From: Selaginella moellendorffii | Lineage: Eukaryota; Plantae; Lycopodiophyta | DNA length: 5,097 nucleotides | Reading direction: 5' to 3' | Assembly (NCBI RefSeq): GCF_000143415.4 | Contig: NW_003314749.1 | Location: 1 to 5,097 of the forward strand | Shown: in pieces, positions 1 through 5,097 of the stretch | Layout: every line of letters begins with the position of its first letter | Numbering within the stretch: the stretch's first letter is position 1 | Made by a program: the position numbers and the translations under genes | The notes under the pieces: generated by a model | Seen by the model: the letters and a program-made list of their open reading frames with translations, nothing else | Told to the model about the DNA's origin: nothing | Database searches by the model: none

Positions 1-221
1 CGCCCCGCCCGGCGAACTACCTGCACCCTTTGGGTCCTTTGAGCTCGCCTTTGCTCGCTCGTGCTCGTCTCGAGCACTTCGTTGGGAGTCCACTCCCGCT
101 CTGACTTTCAAGTCGGAGCTTTTGGTCCAAACGTGTTACGCTCGTTTGGCTCTCGCTTCGGCCACTACCATGTGGCGCCCTTCCAGCTCCACTTTGGGGC
201 CTAGGGATTTTGTGTCTCACA
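1..221 (-). repeat. 3' LTR, 5' part (U3), truncated at the window start
   Basis: Begins TGT directly after the PPT on the minus strand. GC-rich with dense hairpins. It shares no sequence with 4362-5097, so LTR identity cannot be confirmed in this window. Confidence 0.65.
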
Positions 222-233
222 ACTCCACCACCC
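222..233 (-). promoter_or_regulatory. Polypurine tract
   Basis: Minus strand GGGTGGTGGAGT directly followed by TGTGAGAC (LTR start). It is preceded by GATGAGGACATCG, which resembles the GAGGAC motif upstream of chromovirus PPTs. Confidence 0.7.
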
Positions 234-325
234 ATAGACGAAGTTCGATGTCCTCATCGAACGGTAAACCATTTTGTAAAGTAACACTCGCGTGTGTTAC
301 CATTTCCATCCTTGGCACCTAGCCA

Positions 326-456
326 ATATTTGTCAATGGTTTGACATTGAAGGCTCACCATGCCTTCTCCATATTCGTCAATGGTTTAACATTGAAGGCT
401 CACCATGCCTTTTGCATAGGCCTCCATGGTTTGACACCAAAGGCTCACCATGCCTT
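326..456. repeat. Tandem repeat, 45-bp unit, about 3 copies
   Basis: Units start at 326, 371 and 416. The shared core is ATGGTTTRACAYYRAAGGCTCACCATGCCTT; the third copy is the most diverged. Confidence 0.95.
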
Positions 457-1319
457 GCCTATCCTCTAAGGAGGGTAGTCTCTCCAACTTAGAGATTGAT
501 TGGACCACATGTAGAGGTTCTCTTCTTTTATTGGTTTAGTCCTCGCTAAATCTCTTAGAGACCCTTCTCTAAGTCAATCCCACTACTCCTTCTCGAGTAG
601 TCTCGATTTCCATCGATATAACCTTTGCACTTTGGAACTTTGAATTTTGACTTCTTGGAGTCAATTTCCTAGGTGTCTCCGACACCTTGCCTTGCACCTT
701 TTTGTGCAACTCCACTTCCCATCCTAGGAAGTTCTCTACTCGAGGGCACCATCATCCTCTCTTCTATTTCGTGCCAAAGTTCCAGTTATCATACTTTGTG
801 TTAGGGCTGTTCATGGCCCTATCATTTGGCTACCTTACCGCTCCCTCCCTTGGAGCTTCCACTTTCGCCAAATCGGAGCATTTCGGAATCCCTCCTTGGA
901 AACACACTTCCTTTCCCGCAACTTGTTAGCATCCAACACATTAGTGTTCCTCGCCTAACTTTGTCACTTGGATTCCTTCCAAGGGATTCCACGGCCCTAT
1001 CTTGGCCACTCATCTTTTGCTCCTATCCATTGATTGTTGCACCAAGCAACATCGAATCTCTACCTCCCTCCTTGAGGTATTGTTTCGGTTCCATAGCAAA
1101 GACTCTTCTTTGCCAAGTCCGGAGGATGTTCACCCCTAGTACGTCTCTTTAGCATCTTTTGCTATGGGCTCTATCCACGGCCCAACTTCGTGACCCTCCC
1201 ATGGGTCTTTTATAGAGACTACTTTCCTCGGACTCACTATGCCATCGCACGGACATAGTTTATTTCCCTTAGGTGCTCTTCCCACTTGGTCATCACGACC
1301 AAGCCACACCACCTTAAAC

Positions 1320-1910
1320 AGTTCAATTTCAACATTTTGAACCAGGAACTTCATTCCTTAGCCAACCAAGGACCTTGTCCTTATCTGGCCATAAGATCAC
1401 CTAGTGATCTCACCTTGGCACCTTAACAGAGTTGCCAAGAGGTACTTGGTCTTCTAGACCTCCAAGTTGTTGACTATAACCCCGGGGGCATCCCCCACAC
1501 TTGGCGGTGCACCCAAGCCAGCCCTTACGGCAAAGGGTTCATAGCAACTGAGATTAGGTGTCCCCATCTCACTCACCACGACCTTGGTGCCACTTGCACC
1601 AAAGCGTTCAAGTTAGATATGCCGAGCTTTCACACTAAGCAATCTAACCGTGCATCACGACTCCGAGGCATCCCTCGCTTGGCGGTGTGCCCAAACCAGT
1701 CTCCCCACTGAGAGTCCATGACCACCGAAATATGAGTGTCCTCATATTCCAAACCATCACCACGCCCTAGTGATTTGGGACTTGAACCCAAGCACTAGAG
1801 GGTCGGGACTCGAACCCAACCTCCGTATATGCATCTACGGACGGCATCACACAAGATGCCTGGCGTGACTCCCCACGCCGGTGCACCAACTTATTTTTAA
1901 AGCGCGCTAC
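1320..1910 (-). other. Highly structured cis-acting RNA domain in the 3' internal region
   Basis: Near-contiguous stems, e.g. 1368-1382, 1394-1410, 1414-1439, 1584-1602, 1664-1677, 1727-1750, 1767-1798, 1801-1821, 1822-1841, 1843-1860 and 1862-1879. Some extend by G-U pairs only on the minus strand. Confidence 0.65.
1469..1800 (-). repeat. Diverged tandem duplication (~180-bp period) of a structured non-coding module
   Basis: Shared anchors: GGCATCCC (1487/1667), CTTGGCGGTG..CCCAA.CCAG (1500/1678), GTGTCC (1558/1736) and TCACCACG.CCT (1573/1757). Confidence 0.85.
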
Positions 1911-2335
1911 AGATCACAGCTTAGGAACCTAGTTCCTCCACACTGCCAAGTCCTCTCACTTGACATGTCTGTGATCATGCATGGACTCCTCCATGCTCGG
2001 CCCCATGGCCCACCCTTTTTGAAATTATCACCTTCAACTAGGGTATTTGTTCCCCCGACGTGCCAATCTCGCTTGGCAAGTTCTCATACCACTGTAACAT
2101 GGTTCCTGCATAAGCGTGAAAGTCCTTGACCATCGACTTTCGTTCAAAGCCCTCTCTTTGAACACTCGGGAACTACTTCCCTACCCTTGATAGCCTTGCC
2201 TCATGGCAAGCTTCAAGACCACGCTTCTGCTGCGCCACTCTGATTTCGCGCGTTCCATGAACCATTTACACTTGGCCTTTCTAGGTACTAAGCTACCTAG
2301 AATCGTCTTTGGGAACCTTGAAGGAACTCTGTCCC

Positions 2336-2390
2336 TCAGCTTGCTAAGGCCTCCCTTTTGCAAGCCTTCCAAATGCCACATAGTCTAACA
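2336..2390 (-). pseudogene. Possible chromodomain relic at the end of pol
   Basis: WKACKREALAS* at 2371-2336 resembles WKG.P..EASWE, with W changed to TGA. The position fits but the match is short. Confidence 0.3.
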
Positions 2391-2919
2391 TGGACAATTC
2401 CATAACTTAGACTCTCCATGGCGTCACGGTTGCTAGCGGCAACACCCTCGAGCCCCCACTTGATTCCCCACTCCCAGTTGGCATAACCAACCTTGGTTAT
2501 GCCCTTCGATTTCTATGGTTCAGTTCCATCCCAATACTACTTGCCTTTGGCTTCACACCTTTCCTTCGGTCATTCTCCTCCAGATCAGGAGGATAGCTTT
2601 GCACTTTCTATCATGCCTTAGCAAGTATTCTTAGGGATGAACCTACCCAATAGCCCAGGGAGTGGTTCCTCAATCTGGGTATGCTCACCTTATAATCCCA
2701 CACACTGGGATTACATTGTTGCTTATGGGCCTTTACATGCCCATCACTAGCCTTGCCAAAATTCCATTTTTGGCTTTGTCCAGCTTGGGTAGACAGTCCT
2801 CTCCTGTCTCCGCAACCTTGGACATTTGGATAGCACATTCTATCCATCATTCGCTAGGGACTTAGTCCCTTGGGCTTTATCCATTGCCCTCGCGACATCA
2901 AACACCACCTTTTGGTGTT

Positions 2920-3090
2920 CTAGAGTGTTCAGGTGTCCCAATGATGGCTTTCTTGACAATGAGTATTTCCTTTTATGACATTGACTTACTATATCGCAAC
3001 ACAAACAACTTATCCCCCGCAAGGGTATATCCGACTTCCCTATGCTAGAAGTCTTGGGTAGCTACCTTCTACCCGTTTAACCAGTTATTT
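2920..3090 (-). pseudogene. Degenerate integrase N-terminal (zinc-binding region) relic
   Basis: GDKLFVLRY at 3017-2991 resembles G.RL[YF]VP in gypsy integrases. CH and GH residues follow in another frame of the ORF track. It lies downstream of RT. Confidence 0.4.
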
Positions 3091-3199
3091 TGCACCTCTT
3101 GCTTAGTTGCCTCATAGTTGTCAAGTCCTACAACTCATTGCTTGGTGCTTTCACACCTCCATCATTATCTAGGTCACCACACTCCAACTGCATGCTCTG

Positions 3200-3690
3200 C
3201 AACTTAGGCTATGCCATTCCCATTTCCATTGGGATTCTTTTGGCAAGGGGTTCTCATGAACCCACCAACATAGCCTCAAGGTATCACACCTTGGCATATT
3301 TGGTGTCTCCACACCATCGGCTCCACGAGCCTACCTCTATGACACTTCTTCTTTGTGTCTAAGTCTTTGCCAAGACCAATGCCACTCTTTCTCATGCCAA
3401 CCATCCGTTAGCACTACACCATAGAGGTCACACACAACTTTGTGTCAAAGTTGTTTTCTTTTTGGGAACACCTTTCCCACGACTTTAGCATGGCACATTT
3501 TGCCATCGATGAGATACCCTCTGTTCTCATCCTTGGATCCTATGATCCCCCCCGCATCCTTTGTGGGGTACAATGCACCTCAGTCCAAATGCTTCCATCA
3601 GTCCTTTTAGGACCATCCCTTGACTCTACTTGAGTCATCCAGCAGTTTTGGACTTGATTAATCCACAGACCCGTAAGGTCCTACTTGTGA
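3200..3690 (-). pseudogene. pol: Degenerate, internally deleted reverse transcriptase relic plus RT-RNase H linker
   Basis: Collinear fragments in mixed frames: TLRVC/VD 3679-3661 (LRMCVDY), RDGPKRT 3620-3600 (GDEPKT), MEAFGLRC 3598-3575 (MPFGL), GYLIDG 3519-3502 (YLDD), KVF near 3470, and QWKWEW 3231-3214 (linker W.W). Confidence 0.6.
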
Positions 3691-3861
3691 GGCACTAGCT
3701 CACTGGAATACACTTCTTGCATTCCTGTCCTACTCAAAAGGACTATTTTCACAAGTGTTACTCCGACACTTGATTTTGTTCTCTGGGGGCAACCTTTGCC
3801 CCTTAGGACTACTTGTCCATGTGATGAGAATACCAACTCATCCACTTAATACACCCCCAAC

Positions 3862-3888
3862 TCCTTGGGTTGCTCCAGCATTTATTAG
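3862..3888 (-). pseudogene. Degenerate aspartic protease active-site relic
   Basis: LINAGATQG resembles LIDTGATHN with the catalytic Asp lost. It lies between the gag-like and RT-like motifs. Confidence 0.55.
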
Positions 3889-3979
3889 AGGTAGCCCCGA
3901 CTACCATTTCGAGGACTCGTGTCCTCATCCATACTTGACCTCTCACTGTCATCCATTCCGGTCTCACCTTCATGAGCAC

Positions 3980-4200
3980 CAGCCTCAACCATGTGAGGAT
4001 AAACTTGTGACTCCTTTATTGTTTTGGAGTCTCTATCTTTCCCGTGATCCCAACTTTAGTTGTTTACCACAACAACCTTAGCCAATTTGCTGAGACAAAT
4101 GCTCATCCGGATCACATCCTCAACTCAATGAGGAAAACCTTGCACTGTTCCCAAGATCCCAAAGTCGTTCCATTATTGGCCCTTTTCTATCCACCACCTC
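3980..4200 (-). pseudogene. gag: Degenerate gag relic
   Basis: RWWIEKGQ*WNDF at 4199-4161 resembles the retrotransposon Gag WW...W.DF motif and sits in the expected position after the PBS. Boundaries are approximate. Confidence 0.4.
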
Positions 4201-4346
4201 GTCTACAAGTTCACACATGAACTGTAATGGGGAGCCATGTCTTCCCGACTTGCTACTCCTCAAGGATAGGCCCACTCCTCGGACCTTCCGATGCCAACAC
4301 TAGTGGTGATATACTTGAGCACCAATAAAAGTCGGACTAAGGAACA

Positions 4347-4358
4347 GCTCCGATACCA
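4347..4358 (-). promoter_or_regulatory. Primer binding site complementary to the 3' end of initiator tRNA-Met
   Basis: Minus strand TGGTATCGGAGC versus canonical plant TGGTATCAGAGC (11/12). It follows ACA-ATT. Confidence 0.88.
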
Positions 4359-4361
4359 AAT

Positions 4362-5097
4362 TGTAGGCGACTAATTTTTCCATCTCACTTTAGTCACTTA
4401 ACCACACCTCCGACCACTTGGAGGAGTCTCATTCACAACCTCCATAAGTCCAACTCAGGACCTGGGGCTTGCCAGCCCCGAGAATGGCATCCATGCCACT
4501 CAACATTTGCACTTGGTCCAAGTGCTCCACGTGTCCGATCCCATGACCGACACTCAAAGGTACCACCGACATAGCAGCCCGTTACGCTAAGGCCATGCCC
4601 AATCACCTTTGCCACACTGGTAGTCCAATACCACTTGCATCACCGTCTTGGCTCTCCAAGACTAGGCAAACCCTCTGTGAGTGGTCATCTCAAATCCACT
4701 CCTTAGCATCCTTAGGATGCCCACCGACAAGGGGAATAGCCTTCCCCAATATCCCTCTGTCAGTTCCCACTAAGTCCCTTTCTGCCCCTGGCTGTGTTTG
4801 CCAACACTGCCACTGGATCGAGACCCACAGGCCCGACCACTAAGTCCCACAGTCCTCTGGGACTTCCTCCCCACACGACTGTGTCCTTGGTCACTACCCC
4901 AGAGGACTGCTCCTCTTCCTTTCCACAGTCTGGGCCTTTGGGACAACATTTCGGAACACCGTGGCCTTACGCGAGCCACCTGGGTACTCTCCTCGCCTTC
5001 TGTCCTTGGGTGCTCTAGCCATGGGCTTAGAGCGGGTTCCATTGAGCCACGACAGGTATCCAAGTAGGTAGTGCCACCCACACTTGGACTGGGAGCA
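4362..5097 (-). repeat. 5' LTR, 3' part (U5 and possibly R), truncated at the window end
   Basis: The minus strand ends in ...TCGCCTACA (canonical CA terminus), 3 nt before the PBS. The far boundary is not visible. Confidence 0.75.

Larger units (their letters stand above)
1..5097 (-). mobile_element. Non-autonomous Ty3/gypsy LTR retrotransposon (chromovirus, probably Galadriel-like; LARD-like derivative), with both LTRs cut by the window edges
   Basis: Minus-strand order is: LTR end ...CCTACA, 3-nt spacer, Met PBS, degenerate gag/PR/RT/INT motifs in gypsy order, PPT, then TGT LTR start. The minus strand is purine-rich and has no long ORF. The lineage call rests on recalled motif similarity, including GAGGACATCG just before the PPT. 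Confidence 0.85.

Noticed and set aside
326-456. CRISPR array
   Set aside because: The units are head-to-tail with no unique spacers, there are no cas genes, and the context is a eukaryotic retroelement.
292-492. Repeat-containing peptide (QWFxIEGSPCL x3)
   Set aside because: This follows from the 45-bp repeat being a multiple of 3. It is antisense to the element and has no ATG start.
1502-1688. TGGCGGTG (two copies) as the PBS of a nested plus-strand element
   Set aside because: The match is short, there is no associated LTR pair or coding region, and both copies lie within a conserved hairpin of the duplicated motif.
1699-1731. Hammerhead ribozyme (CTGAGAG...CGAAA), as in retrozymes
   Set aside because: The core does not match CUGANGA, stem II does not pair, it is on the antisense strand, and it is not conserved in the other copy of the duplication.
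1767-1890. Bona fide tRNA gene
   Set aside because: Only T-arm-like hairpins are present; I could not build an acceptor stem, D arm or anticodon arm.
3214-3231. WKWE as the integrase WKWE.I.MDF motif
   Set aside because: No MDF follows, and its position between the RT and INT zinc-region relics fits the RT-RNase H linker better.
17-5081. Short ORFs in the six-frame track (60-108 aa) as real genes
   Set aside because: They are short, many use non-ATG starts, they overlap on both strands and show no recognisable intact domain. They are best explained as chance ORFs in a decayed retroelement.

Overview
The window reads as most of one plant-type, non-autonomous Ty3/gypsy LTR retrotransposon on the minus strand, probably chromovirus/Galadriel-like and LARD-like. 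From right to left it contains: part of the 5' LTR (4362-5097); a tRNA-iMet primer binding site (4347-4358); a collapsed, stop-riddled gag-PR-RT-INT(-chromodomain) relic of about 2 kb; about 2 kb of non-coding 3' internal sequence; a 3x45-bp tandem repeat; a polypurine tract (222-233); and the start of the 3' LTR (1-221). I find no credible intact CDS. The notable feature is RNA structure. Short hairpins sit nearly back to back across the LTRs, the 3' region and the former coding region. A ~180-bp tandem duplication keeps its fold through compensatory changes and has conserved GACA/GAUG tetraloops, next to two tRNA T-arm mimics and a near-perfect palindrome. All calls were made by eye; no searches or folding programs were run.
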